The position numbers and the translations under genes were made by a program. The notes beneath the pieces were generated by a model, which made no database searches, had not been told where the DNA came from, and worked only from the letters and a program-made list of their open reading frames with translations. A stretch of DNA of 64,000 bases from Trichinella spiralis (taxonomy: Eukaryota): assembly GCF_000181795.1 (NCBI RefSeq), contig NW_003526940.1:2127854-2191853 (forward strand). The letters are read 5' to 3'. This document shows, piece by piece, positions 1 through 12,726 of this stretch (position 1 is its first letter; the number at the start of each line of letters is the position of its first letter).

Positions 1-1781
1 TGACCAACAATCGTATCCGCGTTTTGCCTGGCCATGCGTTTTCCTCAATGCCCAAACTGACTCAACTGTACTTGGCTGAAAATCAAATGGAACGCATCGA
101 ACCTTTGGCATTCGAAAACAGCAGCCTAGTCATACTGATGTTGGCGAACAACAATCTCACCGAAATCACCGGCGATACACTTCAAGGTCTCGACTTTTTG
201 CAACAGTGCAGTTTGAAATACAACCAGGTAAAAAAGAAATGTGTTAACCCCCCCCCCCACTTACATGTGTACAAATTTTATACACGCTTGTGTCTGTCAA
301 TGTTTACCGGATTTTAATTGTCTTTCTTCTTGTTCTCATCAAACAGATATCCAAAATTGCATACAACGCATTCCATCCCGTCCCTGGTTTGGTTGTTCTC
401 GATTTGTCGCACAACAAGCTCAACACGTTGCCAGATTCGGCATTTTTCACACAGCTGAATCTATTTTTGCTCGATTTGTCCAACAACAACCTCTCACGAA
501 TCCCATGGGAAGCGTTCAACAAACGTACTGTAACTATCATGCTCCAAGGTAAAAAAACAAAATGTTTTTTCTTTAATTTTCATTTTAAAATAATAATAAT
601 TTTTATTTCACATTATATTCAGAAAATCCCCTCGTCTGCACTGAACGTATTCAAATGATCGAAAACAACATGGGTATTTTCATACCAAACTCTGCCGATG
701 AAGTTTGCAAAAAGGGTAAGTATTTTTTTCCCCATTCATTGGATGATAATTCAAACAATGATAATATTCGCAAAATTCACATATGTTTTTATCAGATGAC
801 ATGAACACAACAACCGTAATGCAAACAACAACGACTGATCAAGCAGAGAATGTAAAACTAGTAGAAAGCCAGGCTGAGTCAAAGATACAAGACAATTATG
901 CTTCAAGTTCATTCGGTGATTCTAAACCGCCCGTACAGACCACGACGACAACTGTTCCAATGACCAAAAGCAATGTCAAAATAGTGGAAACAATACCACC
1001 TGGTATAATTATAAAAGAACTACGCGCAACTACTACTACTACTACTACTACCACTGAACCACAACAACAATCTGAAAATGATAAAACTATCACTACAGAA
1101 GAATCGAGAACAATTTATCCGGTGCCGATTCCATTTCTCAGCAAAGCGCCCGACATGCATCAAGCGTACGCGGTTGATACGGATCTTGTAATGGCGAATA
1201 CGGAGCAACCCAATTTTGCAATGTTCACCGGTCTGCCGGACAGTATCATCACCGCACTGCCAGTTTGGACAGATCCTCCGAATTACAGAAAACCGTCTCC
1301 GACCAAGCTGAAAACCCAAATGCCAGCCAACAGTGCGTCGAAACAGAACTTTGAACAAGCCGTGCCGGTGGTCAACGCGGGCGTACAAGAGGACGACGAC
1401 GACGACGGCGGCTTGCCGTCCGACGCGATGAGCAATTTCAGTCAAAGCGCCAAAACTACTGCCGCGGTCTGCGTTGGAGTCGTCGCGTCGGTGACCATAC
1501 TCGTCGTTGCCGTGTTGTATTTGGTGAAACGTCGAAATCGCCTGCACGCCAGATCCGTATCCGGCGACAGTCGCACTTCAGCTTACGTAGCGGCTCACAC
1601 GATCGGATACAACCGATATCCGGGTATGGTCAGCACGACGCCGAACGCGTACGCGACGGATGCCATCACGCCCTGCAGGCCATCCAGACAACGCGACATT
1701 ACCACTTACAGCAGAAACAATCAAAACTGGCTCTACGATCCCGTCTGCTATTCGAATTCTAGCGTCTACTACAACAAATGA
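1..1781 (+). CDS. let-4: LET-4-like extracellular-LRR-only (eLRRon) type I transmembrane protein, 5'-partial; exons <1-227, 347-548, 623-715, 796-1781
   Basis: Phase-consistent GT-AG splicing gives LRRs (LTQLYLAENQM, LVVLDLSHNKL, LFLLDLSNNNL), an LRRCT-like ENPLVCTERIQM...EVC, a Thr-rich stalk with IYPVPIPFL, a TM helix (AAVCVGVVASVTILVVAVLYLV) followed by KRR, and a Tyr-rich tail. Closely resembles C. elegans LET-4 as I recall it (...FLAQLNLLLVDLS...ENPLVCTE). Confidence 0.82.
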
Positions 1782-2013
1782 CGTTCCAAAAGTGACAAAA
1801 TGGTAAATGCGAAACGGGTACCGTCTGAAAGTTTAAAATGAAAATTCAACGACGGCCCAACAGCCATCACATTCAATAGCAACCAACAATTAGCCTCTTT
1901 TCACACGAACTTAGGCCTTTTAGTTGATTTTGATTTTTTTTGCTTTGCTCTTTTTCATGTGCAATTTCAACATAAGCTGAAATGAAATGCTACAATTTGA
2001 AAATCATTTCTAT

Positions 2014-2039
2014 TCATCATCATCATCATCATCATCATC
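2014..2039 (+). repeat. (CAT)n microsatellite in the let-4 3' UTR region
   Basis: tcatcatcatcatcatcatcatcatc. Confidence 0.9.
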
Positions 2040-3890
2040 TTGGAACTAAATAAAACTTTCAAAAATCTGATGGTGTTTTTCACATGTTAAAAATTTTGGT
2101 AAACAAATTTCGTTGTAAAAAATAAAAAATGGGTAAAATAGAGCTTTCTGTACAATTTTGAAACAACAGTTCAATTCAAATTTTACTTTGAGACATTTGG
2201 AAAAATACATTTCAACATTAAAGTATCATCAAATAATTATTTATTAGTTTTTGAAAAAGTCGTGAAAATCACAAGTCGACGTGAACATAAAAATAATTAA
2301 ATTAATGAACAATGCAAACTATAATCAATAATCGTCCATGTATGTAAAAGTACGCTTCTACAGTAAGATGGAATAAAAGAAAAAAAAGGTTCATTCGCAT
2401 ACATCAGAATACAAGTGAAAAAAAAGAATTACTAGCCATAATAGAAATGCTAAAATTTCAACTAAATTGCCAGAAATGTAAATTTTGGTGCGTGAAAAAT
2501 AAACTGTTTATAAAATTGAAGCAAAAAGAGAAAAAAAAGATACATCTGAAATTTCACTACACCAAATACGAAAAATAACATCACCGAAAAAAATGAAATA
2601 TTCTATTGATAAAATAAAAACATAATAATAAATAATTAAAAAATTTTTTCTCATATCCCACAGTTGGAATATTTTTTGTTTGTATAAAATTTACAACTGA
2701 TTGCCGATGAGAAAGTGACAAATGGTTTTTACTAAGAAAAGAAAAGAAAATATTCAAATGACAGAAACAGAATTTGACGGTAATTTCTTCAAACGTGATG
2801 AAGTTGTTTTAAATTCATTGACATCATCGTCGATTGTAACGGTATCGAAGATGAATGACCCAGAAGAAATCGTTCAACAAGGAAAATGACACCGCCCGAA
2901 AAAAATCCTTTCCCCATATTTTTCTACTTACGGTTGGTTCATTATAGCACGTGAAATGAATGCCCTTTTACATATTTACTTCTTTGGGTTATTATCATTT
3001 TTACTTTTTGTTTTCTGCAAGAAAACAAGTTTACAACATTCTTCCAAAAAAGCCGCCAATTGAGTGAACAAAAAGATAAAAAAAACTAATATTCACATTT
3101 ATAATTTTTTTTGAAAAAGTTTTCACAATTATGTCCATATTTTTTGAATAAATACAACATTCACATCAGTTAGATTTTTCCGTTTTTGCTTGATAAGCAT
3201 ATTTTCCATTTTCTTGTTATTTGTTCTGTTTATTCAAATTTCCAAATCTGCAACTTGTCCCCTCCCCTTCCCCCTCCTCCTCCTCCTTTGTTTGAGTATA
3301 CCGTTGACTGACCGATGATAATAATTATCAAATTCCACTGGACTTTAATAATACACAATGGACTGAAAAATCACAGAATAAGTGTGAATGAAATGAAAAT
3401 CAGTCAGCAGCTGGGAACAATAGCAATTTTTCTTTTCGAATAAAAAACGAAATTTTTCCAGATACAGATGGAGAGGTAGGTAGGTATGATGCTTGGCCGT
3501 TGTGTGTCAAGGCCGTTTAGGCGGGTATCTTAAGACTGGCAGCAGAAGGGCCAGTGAAACGGGGTGAAGGGTAAAGTTCGGCGCAGAGGTCAACAAAGTT
3601 CCAATAACATTGGATTACAATGCCGAAAAGAAAGACTGCACACCGTTGCATTGGCATAGAACAGCAGCAGCAGTAGCGGCAGCTGTGAGAAAACACAACA
3701 ACAATCCCCTTCTTTCTCACTTTACAAACAAGTAGTGAAATTTACATATAAATATTTTTTGGGGGAAAAAACATTCCATTTTCCCATTTGTTCTCGCTCG
3801 TCTGTTTTGTTTTCTGGCTGATAATTTAGAATAACAACAATATATTTATCATTTCCTTCCCTTTTCACAATTCTCTGCAAAACAACAGAT

Positions 3891-6803
3891 ATGAGCATCG
3901 TCGGATCGTGGTCGTGGTCGTTGGCTCAATTCAGCTTTCTGTTGCTGTCAGTTGGTCAAATTCTGCAATTGACCGACGCTTTTTGTCCGGACGTGTTCAA
4001 AGAGAACAACGCGTGCACATGCCTCTCCTACCTCGACGGCGCGGTTATCCGCTGCAAAGGTCCAGAAGCGCCTTACGTTATTGAAAAACTGAAAACTGAA
4101 ACGGTCGTCATTCGAGAATTGGCCATCGAAGATGCCGACATCATCGAAGTATGTGCAACCTTTTCAAGCTCAATTTATTACATTCAGTTTAACTGACTCG
4201 CTTTGGAACAAGCGACCAAATATGAATGAATATTAAAAAAAAAAATTTAATCCCCCTCCCCATTTGCAGATTGGACCGCGCGCTTTTCGAAACATGAAAA
4301 TCAGCAGTCTGATTTTGGACAACAATCGCATTCGAGCGTTGCACAAGGACGCGTTCGTCGGCTTGGAACAGTCGCTGGTGTCGCTGAGCGTGGCTCACAA
4401 CAAGCTGACCGAAATCCCGACCGACGCGTTGGCCAATTTGCAAACTTTGCAAGTTCTGAATTTGAAGTGCAACAACATCGGCAACATCTACACGTCGGCT
4501 TTGCACAACTTGAGCAGCTTGATCGAATTGAACTTGGCCTGCAATCAGATTTGCAAAATCGCCGGCTCGGCTTTCGAGCCGATCAAAACCACCCTGCAGA
4601 GTCTAATATTGGACGACAACTGCTTGCGCGAAGTGCCGGCCGAAGCGTTGAGAAATTTCAACAACCTGCTCGCTTTGCATTTGCAGAACAACAACATCGA
4701 AACTATCGAAAAACTCCAACTGATGAACATGGTCAGCTTGCTGATGGTGCGCCTGTCGTACAACAAGATCAAAAGCGTCGACCGGTACGGCTTCAACAAC
4801 ATACCCCACTTGCGCTATTTGTTCCTCGACCACAACGAGCTGGCCGTACTGGAGCCGAACGTGCTCCAACAATTCCAATTTCTCGAAATTGCCGACCTCA
4901 GCTACAACAGCATTGCCGAAATCCCGGCCGGCGCTTTCCAACGTCTCGAACACTTGCTCCAGCTCAATTTGGAAGGCAACGCCATACGCGACATCGCCCC
5001 GAACGCGTTCGCCCAAACCCCTCTACTTTTGCTGCTGCTCGGCCAGAACTGTTTGACCGGAATTGGAACCCAAGTTTTCACCGGCGTGCCGTTTCTAAGG
5101 CAAATTTCCCTAGCCCACAACAACATCAAAAATTTGGAACCGTTCGCCTTTGCCGCCATGCCCAATTTGCAGTTGCTCGATTTGTCGAACAACAAATTGG
5201 ATTCGATCTTTCCGGCAACGTTGACACCCAACTTTGCCTCCACAGTTATCTTATCAGGTTGACGAAAACAAATATCCACATATATATATATATATTTATT
5301 TAAATCAATTTCTTTTTAGAAAATCCACTAGTCTGCGGACCAAACGGTTATCACGTCATCAAAGGGGGTTCACCGATATTATTGCTCAACGAACCCAATC
5401 ACATATGCAGCATGTACAATCGCACAAGACCCGACAAATGTCCAACAAGGTTCTTACTTTTTACCCAAATCAATTATTACAAATTTCCAATTTTAGAAAG
5501 CCAAAACCTCCACCGTTACCTTGTTGCAGTAGACCAGAAAAACATAGTGACGAAAGTATATTTTAAAAGAAAACATTAAAAAAAAGAAACAACCTAATAA
5601 TATCTCTTGTTTCAGGTGGTGAAATCAGCGTTTCTCCAACGGTACAACTGACAACACCAAATCTCATTAGTGAAATCACAACCACCACAATCCCAACCAG
5701 CACTACCGCCAGCCCTGCAGTGACCGTCAGCATCACTATCCCCAGCACCGCGCAACCATTGCAGCACAAAGAAGCGAGCATGACTACTTCGATCACGGCA
5801 TCGCCGTTCGAACAAATGGCAGCCGAAAGAGAACTGCCCAGTATTCCACGATTCCAAGCACAAGAAAACAAAGTCAACAAACCGAAGACACCAAACATGG
5901 CACGATTTTGGAGATTTACCAGACCACCGTCGGAACCACTGACCGCTACCCTGAAGCCGATCGTCCAAAGCATGGAAATGGCAAAGAAAGTTTCAAATGA
6001 AAACCAACCACAAGAGAAGAACATCACCAGTGAAACTAAAACACTTCCCAACCAAGGTATCGTAGATGTTGATTTCATTGAACAACAACAACAACAAAAT
6101 AATATTTCCCTGTTGTACAGTGATGGAATCAAGCACCAATGATACACAGCAACAAAATTCGACCGTGCCAATTGGCGTGCAAGCAAAGTCAGATAACATG
6201 CCGTTTGTCTCAGAACAACAACCACCACCGCCAGCAGTAGTCTATTCCAACATTCACCGTACGTCACCGGTAAAGCAAATCATGCCAGAGAACGCGCGAA
6301 ATTTTCTACCACCAATCCGGCAAAGACCACCGCCCGAAACGCTGAACACGCAATGGTCCACCGAACGTCGACCAGTTCCAACATTCCAAGGTTCGCAGCC
6401 ATCGTTGCGACAACAGTTCAAGCCGGCCGAACAAAAACCACTGGAACAAGTCGACGTGAACAATTTGAACGCCCAGCCAGTGCGACCGATGGATCTGATG
6501 GAGATGAACATGCTGGCCGGTGGGCTACAGCCTCGAAGACGCCCGTTTGAAACTGTCAAGCAACAAGCGACGACGACACGGGCCGAACAGCCGACCAAAG
6601 CCGAACCTGATTCGCCGGATACGTTCAGCTCGAGCGACCCGGCCAACGCCGCCCCGCCGTTGCCGTTCAGTTCGGAACCATTTTTCGGCGTACAATTCAA
6701 GCCGATACTCGATCAACAACCGGCGGTAATTGAAGCTAACAACCAACAACAACTGTACCAACCCAGCCCGTTTGTGCAACCAATTCAAACCAACAACAGC
6801 TAG
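3891..6803 (+). CDS. sym-1: SYM-1/LRON-1-like secreted LRR protein, ~852 aa; exons 3891-4148, 4270-5257, 5320-5449, 5497-5555, 5616-6056, 6121-6803
   Basis: Signal peptide, Cys-rich LRRNT (AFCPDVFKENNACTC...IRC), a long LRR array containing Cys (LKCNNI, LACNQIC, LDDNCL), ENPLVC cap, CC motif, then a T/P/Q-rich low-complexity tail with no TM segment. The spliced CDS is 2559 nt and in frame. AATAAA lies near 7011. sym-1 versus lron-1 cannot be resolved by eye. Confidence 0.78.
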
Positions 6804-7188
6804 GAAGAGAAGAACAACGACAAAACAAAACGCTTGGGTTTAGCGCACCCATGAAACAATACGTGTGTCTACTTGCCTTGTACAATAATAATAATAATAC
6901 TACTAATAATAATATATAGCCCTTGTTTTTTTTTTTTTTGTTTGTTTGTTTTCCCTCTTGGTTCTCTTGGACATTTCAAAGTCCATAAATATTCGACAGT
7001 ACGATGAATGAATAAATAAAATTGTAACAACTGTAAAATTGAATTATGCGATAATTTGACAAATTTCATTTGCGTGCACATAATATTACCGTGTAAACAG
7101 TTCGCATTGTGTAAATTGTATAGAATAATAGTAAGACTGTGGACTGGATTGGTCATAATTTTCAATAAAATAAAAAGAATCCACTTAC

Positions 7189-8523
7189 CTACAGATTGTG
7201 CAGACAGTTTTTCATTGTCGTATACAGTCAATGGGCCATTGGGCGGCAAGAGGAGGTACAATTCGATGGAAGGTGCTTGAAAGTGAACGAAGCAAACGGC
7301 CGGCTCGTAGTCGACAGTGAAACGCAACGTATCCTCGTAGAGCGTCTGCGAGAATCGACTCATCTCGTCCATTGCGTATGTGACAAATAAGTACTGGTAA
7401 TGATCCAGGCAAATTTTCACCGGATCGACCGTATCAGCCAACGAGTACAAGATGTTCTCGTTGTCGCCCTTCTTGTCCATCATCAGCCAGACGGTGAAGT
7501 TGCAGTCGAACATCAGTGGTCTGGCTGTCGGATATTGGCAAGCTTTGCCTTGGAATTCCAACCACAACGGTGTGCAGTCGATTCGCCATACGTCGACGGT
7601 CGCTTTTTCGACCAGAGTGGACGCGTCTGTTTTACAATCCTTTCCCGCCCGGTTGTTGTGCAATTTGGGAATCAACCTGCGCACGTGAGTACTGTAAGCT
7701 TGACTGTTGGACGGAAGTGAAGCATCCCAGTCGTCGGCTTGTATTGGCATTTCTTGTTCTTCAATTTCCGTCACCAACTGTTGAAGCTGATGAGAAGTGT
7801 CCGAATGGTCGGGCAGGCAGTTGGTCAAACAAATACGCGACGAATACAATACCATCGACGTTGGAACTTTTTGCAACCAATCCACATCCGGTGCACCCAT
7901 CAACGGAACAATCACCTACCGGCAAAAAAAATCGAATTCAAATTTGTGAAAAAAAATTTTTTCCCTTACTCTAGGCATCATCACGTCCATGTAAATATCT
8001 TTGTGAAGAGCATTTTTCATCGCTTCGTTAGTATAAGAATCAGAAAACTGAATAATAATAATAATGATATTCAAGAATAATTTTAAAAAATTTTTTTTCA
8101 AAAAAAACCACTTACCAGAGACTGATTAACTTTTAAAAAAACATAATTAATCCAACGAATCGTCCTCAAATCCAAAAATACTCGAACAGGATGCAATCGT
8201 AAAAAACTGCTACTCGGTGGAACTGAAAAAAAAATATATACATACATATATATTTGGTATAATTTTTACTCGATGATAAATAGATAAGGTGAAAGTTTTC
8301 GTGCCTGGATAATGGGCCCGTTCTTTGGTGTAAAAGTCCGTCAATTCGACGTGCAACGTCGGCGTGTCGGATGGAAGCTTCATCACCGCACGATCGGTGG
8401 AGAGGAATTTTTCCGTTTTGTGTTTGCTGGACGACGGATCTGTGACGCAAAAGATGAAAATATCTTGCAACCGAAAAACGCATACCAGTGACATCAGATC
8501 AGAGAAAATATTATCACAATCTA

Positions 8524-8560
<37 letters not shown>

Positions 8561-11500
8561 GAAAGAGCAATTTTATTGAACAATTTCTAATAATAACAAA
8601 CAAAACCTTGATGATTACTTGATGATGAGAATTCGGTTTCAATAATTTCCTTGTACTTTTTCAACAAATCGTTCGTACGTTCAGAAAACATGGTCTCTTG
8701 ATAATAGATCCAATGTTTCCTACTGCCACCTTGGAATATATAATTTGTTTGTTATTTAAACGACAAAAAAAAGAATTAATAAAACTGACACATGCTCACC
8801 CGCCGGATGATAGGGATAAAAATCGCAGACCAACTTTTTCAAAGTCACTTGCATGGCTCCATTTTCAATCAACAAATCTTCCGATGAATCTGCATAGAGA
8901 TATGGATTTTAACTTTGAAAAAAAACAACAAATCTTGAAAATAAAAAAACCTCCTCCTTCTTCTTTGGATTCGTCACAAATGTGCAAATCAATATGAGCA
9001 ATGTAGCAGTGGAAGGAAGTTTCGATAACGTTGAATTGTTGAAATGCGGCGTTGGTTTCACTGGGCAGTTGCTGCTGCTCGTACTGTTGATGCTGCTGAC
9101 TAGCGGAAGATGATCTGCGCGTTGGATTATCCTGAGAGAAAAAAAAGAATAATTCATTTTCATAAAATTATAATTTCCATTACTATTGCAACCTTGTTAA
9201 TTTCAGTTGTCATTGTTGCATTGCTTTGGCGAATCAAATCCATGACAAAGTGGAAAAAGCTGATCGCCGATTGGACTTGTGAAAGCGAAGCTACCCAAAG
9301 TAGATTGTCCAAAATCAACGCCAAACGTCCACGAAATACACTACCATCTCAATAAATAAATATGCAAATAAATTAACATTTAAAAAAAATACACAAATTA
9401 CCAATTGTAGATTTTTTCGTTATAAAACGACAACGCCCTTGACTGGTGATCAAACGAAGAGGTGCGTTGATGTTGTAGCCAGTGGCGATTGAATCGCCAA
9501 GCGTCGACGCTTCCAAGCGGAGTGTTTTCCAAGAAATTTGCTTGAATAGTAAAATTTGCTTGGAATGTGAATCAGTGATGCGCGTCTCGCGCAAATCGTT
9601 CGCCTCTTTCCAAAACGGTGTTCGACTTTCAACGCTGATCTGTGACAGCTGAATTGCATAATAATATTCATTATTAAAAAAAACAGAATACACAATAAAT
9701 AAACATTTTTCATACCATGAGTGAACCACCAAATTTTTGAGAAGTGAAAAAAACTTCAACTGCGTTGCATCGAATTGTTATTCCTTCCATAACTCTGTGC
9801 GCAAAACCGTACGAACTGTTGTCCATGCTAAAATTATAATATTATTTGAAAACAAACATCCAATCTCGTCTTTTCATATCATATTTCAAAAGTCAATTTC
9901 AAATACCTGTAACTGCTCACAGTAGGACCATTGGTAAATTTGGCATGATGAATTCCCGCTGAAAGTACCAATTCTACTCGAACTTCATCTATAAACTAAA
10001 CACAAAAAAACTATTTCTCTTTATCAAATGCTGAAATTATACATTTTAATACATACCAAAAGTACAGGATGTGTTTTCAGTCTTGTCCAGGGTATCTAAA
10101 AAGAGAAAATTATTAAATACAAAATAATAATAAATATGAAGGTGTAAAAATCGAATAAATTTCAACCAACTTTAACAATTATTCGACTGCAAACGGCTTT
10201 TTGTATTCTAACCCAAGAAGGAAATTCCAGAACATCGGTTAAAACATCCTCGTTCAATTCTATATTATACAATTCGCCTTTGCCTCGAAGAACTTCGACA
10301 CTTATCTGATCCGGTGATACATTCTTCGCAAATCTACAAATAACGCAACAATTAAAATTATATATCCAAATTATTAACGCCGGCCATTTTTCGAATTTAA
10401 TGTGCATTTAAAAATTGTCCGTTTAAAGTAATTTAATAAATTGTTCATGCTCGACTGGTGTGTGATATTTTCAAAATTTACATAAAAAACCTGCAATTCC
10501 TGTATAAAAAGAAAAACTGTTTGAAAAAACTCAGTTTGAGAAACATTGAAAGCTCACATCATACCCGACAAAATGGCAGTGAATTTTCAAGAATTAAAAA
10601 AAATATTTTAAAAGATATGCAAGTTGTTTATAAAATTCTAATGGAACAAATTCATTCCAGAGCCAAGATGTATATTATGTCGGAAATGTAAAATTTCAGA
10701 TAAAAAACTGAACATGCAGCATTCAAAATTTACATTATAAAGAAAGCCAAGAAAAACGTTGATGAAGAACAAACCCTAGAAGATCACTTTATATTGTTAC
10801 AGCATTGACGATATACGCACTGTTTACATTCAACATTTTATTGTACGGTGAACCAGAAGAAATAAGCTGCTAAATGATAACTCTATGCAATTATTTTCTA
10901 TTTGTAAAATATTAATTTTATATAAATAAAACTTAATATATCTACTTTTATAGCAATATTCCAATTAAGAATTATCACAGAAAAAAAATTAACCCATATT
11001 TTTTCTTTTCCACTTTCTCCACTTTTATATGCATCAAAATATAACATTATAATGCAATACATGCAGCTATAATTAAAATCATCTTCAATTCTCTTAAATT
11101 TATTAATTAACACAAAAATAATAAATTATACATATATTATACATAAAATGTAAAGAAAAACAATATAATAATTTCAAATCTGTTCATTTTACTAATACGA
11201 GTCTTATAGCGTTTGCTTTTAGCTTAATCTAGTCGTTTGCAAATGTTTAGATTTCAATTTTGGGCATGTTCAATATTATTTCACATTCAATTCTGCATTA
11301 CAGTCATCGCAGAATACGAAAAATGCATTTACCAAAAACTAAGATGGCAGTTGAAAATAACAGCTATTTTCTATGAATGAATGCAATTATTTTAAATACA
11401 TTATATGGAAACTATTGCAGTACACTATCTATAAATTCATCTGAACCAGTATGAAATGAAAAATCATCTTACCAAATTCATCACTTAATAATGTCATTCA

Positions 11501-11957
11501 ATTTATATAGAAATACACGAATCTTGCAATTAAGAACTTTACACTTCAACAAAAGATAATTTTCCAACATATTAAATTAACTTTGTGACTATAAAATGCC
11601 CAAAATAAACCTAAACTTTTATTTACAAATAATAAAATAATAAACACATCAACAATTAAAACATACCATTAAGAAATCAAACCACATCAACATTAAAAAG
11701 CTACAATTTAAAATTTTTCAAATAAATGATAATGAATTAGACTATTTTAGTAATTGCAAACTATAAAAAAGCATTATACATCTACAACAAAGTGCAAACT
11801 GAATTATTGCAACAAAAATCATGCACGCTTGCATTAAATTAAAACGGATTGCTTTATCCAACAAGGCATTCATATAACAAAAAGCTAAAATTTTTTAGAT
11901 GTAAAAAAATTACCTCGAAAAATGTTTCAAAATTTGATTTTTTATTATAGATGCCAT
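7189..11957 (-). CDS. BLTP3: Bridge-like lipid transfer protein family 3 (BLTP3A/B, UHRF1BP1/UHRF1BP1L/SHIP164-like, chorein-N), 3'-incomplete; exons 11957-11914, 10333-10171, 10095-10057, 9995-9907, 9827-9716, 9648-9402, 9347-9193, 9131-8951, 8889-8800, 8729-8607, 8520-8305, 8222-8116, 8047-7970, 7915-7189
   Basis: Spliced protein MASIIKNQILKHFSRFAKNVSPDQI...IPWTRLKTHPV...YGFAHRVMEG...APLRLITSQ...LILDNLLWV...HIDLHICDE...DFYPYHPAG matches the N-terminal motifs of the UHRF1BP1 family. All 14 exon phases are consistent (2371 nt). The last traced exon ends at a G|GTAAGT donor with no stop codon. Confidence 0.88.
8524..8558 (+). repeat. (AAT)n microsatellite abutting a BLTP3 splice acceptor
   Basis: aataataat... 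run immediately upstream (on - strand) of the acceptor for exon 8520-8305. Confidence 0.9.
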
Positions 11958-12726
11958 AGTGTTTCAAAATGCAATTATCCAAAAAAACTACAATATTCCA
12001 GGTGAATGTTCACATTGCTATGTACAGAAACAAAAAAGACAAAGTAGGACTCAGTTACAGTATTGTACCAATTTGAAAAGTTTTGCAAGACTGACTGACA
12101 ATTAACAGTATAGCATATGTATAAATACTGAACTTTGTTTTTATTATTGTCATTGCATATGTGAAGTAATAAACAAATAATAAATAAGTGGACGTTTTAT
12201 TTCAGTTTTTTTCCAATAAAATGAAGCAAACTTTGCAAATCTGAAATTCTGCAGAAAACGTTACATTTTATTCATTGTAAAATTGTAATATTTTGTTAAT
12301 AAATCATTTTACAAGCTAATGCGAAAATATAAAAAGAATACGCTTGAGTTTTATAACTACAGCAGACCCGAAAGAATTGAATAATGGAATGAAATACAAA
12401 TATATTCGGCAAATAAAACTTTATTTATTCGACATTTTTCTAGTTTGACTGCTTTTTACTGCTGAATGAACTAGCATAACGTTATCCTATTAGCATTTGC
12501 ACTTGATTATCACTTTTATTGTGGTAACACGTAAAACTCTCCTGCTGTAATTAGTTAAAAGTAAAATTGTTTGTGAATTTATGAAAATTCTTGGTTTTAT
12601 ATTCGTTTAATCTTAAAAAACATCGCTGAAATTTTTAAAGTGATTTCCTTCTTTGAATCTTTTATTCTCTTTTGAAGCGCATTCCATAGTAATTTTATAT
12701 TGAAGGAAAGGTAGTTTTCAAGTAAA
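11958..12726. promoter_or_regulatory. Putative shared (bidirectional) promoter/5' region of BLTP3 and delta-COP
   Basis: Two divergent start codons only ~770 bp apart (11957 on -, 12727 on +). Confidence 0.5.

Noticed and set aside
2700..3015. Short coding-looking stretch and a minus-strand GTAAGT donor between the LRR genes as a missing BLTP3 exon
   Set aside because: All three frames of the candidate exon 3014-2932 contain stops, and the 2760-2890 frames are short without a clean acceptor or homology. Not supportable, though not fully excluded.
4467..6788. Long overlapping alternative-frame and antisense ORFs over sym-1 (e.g. 4467-5303, 5563-6267), and likewise 1020-1547 over let-4
   Set aside because: Expected shadows of GC-rich, codon-biased coding sequence; no recognisable domains.
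6869..7188. C-terminal ~105 aa of the 348-aa minus ORF as the real BLTP3 C-terminus
   Set aside because: It starts at a consensus GTAAGT donor, is AT-rich with poly-A/T runs, and overlaps the sym-1 3' UTR. Read as intron read-through.
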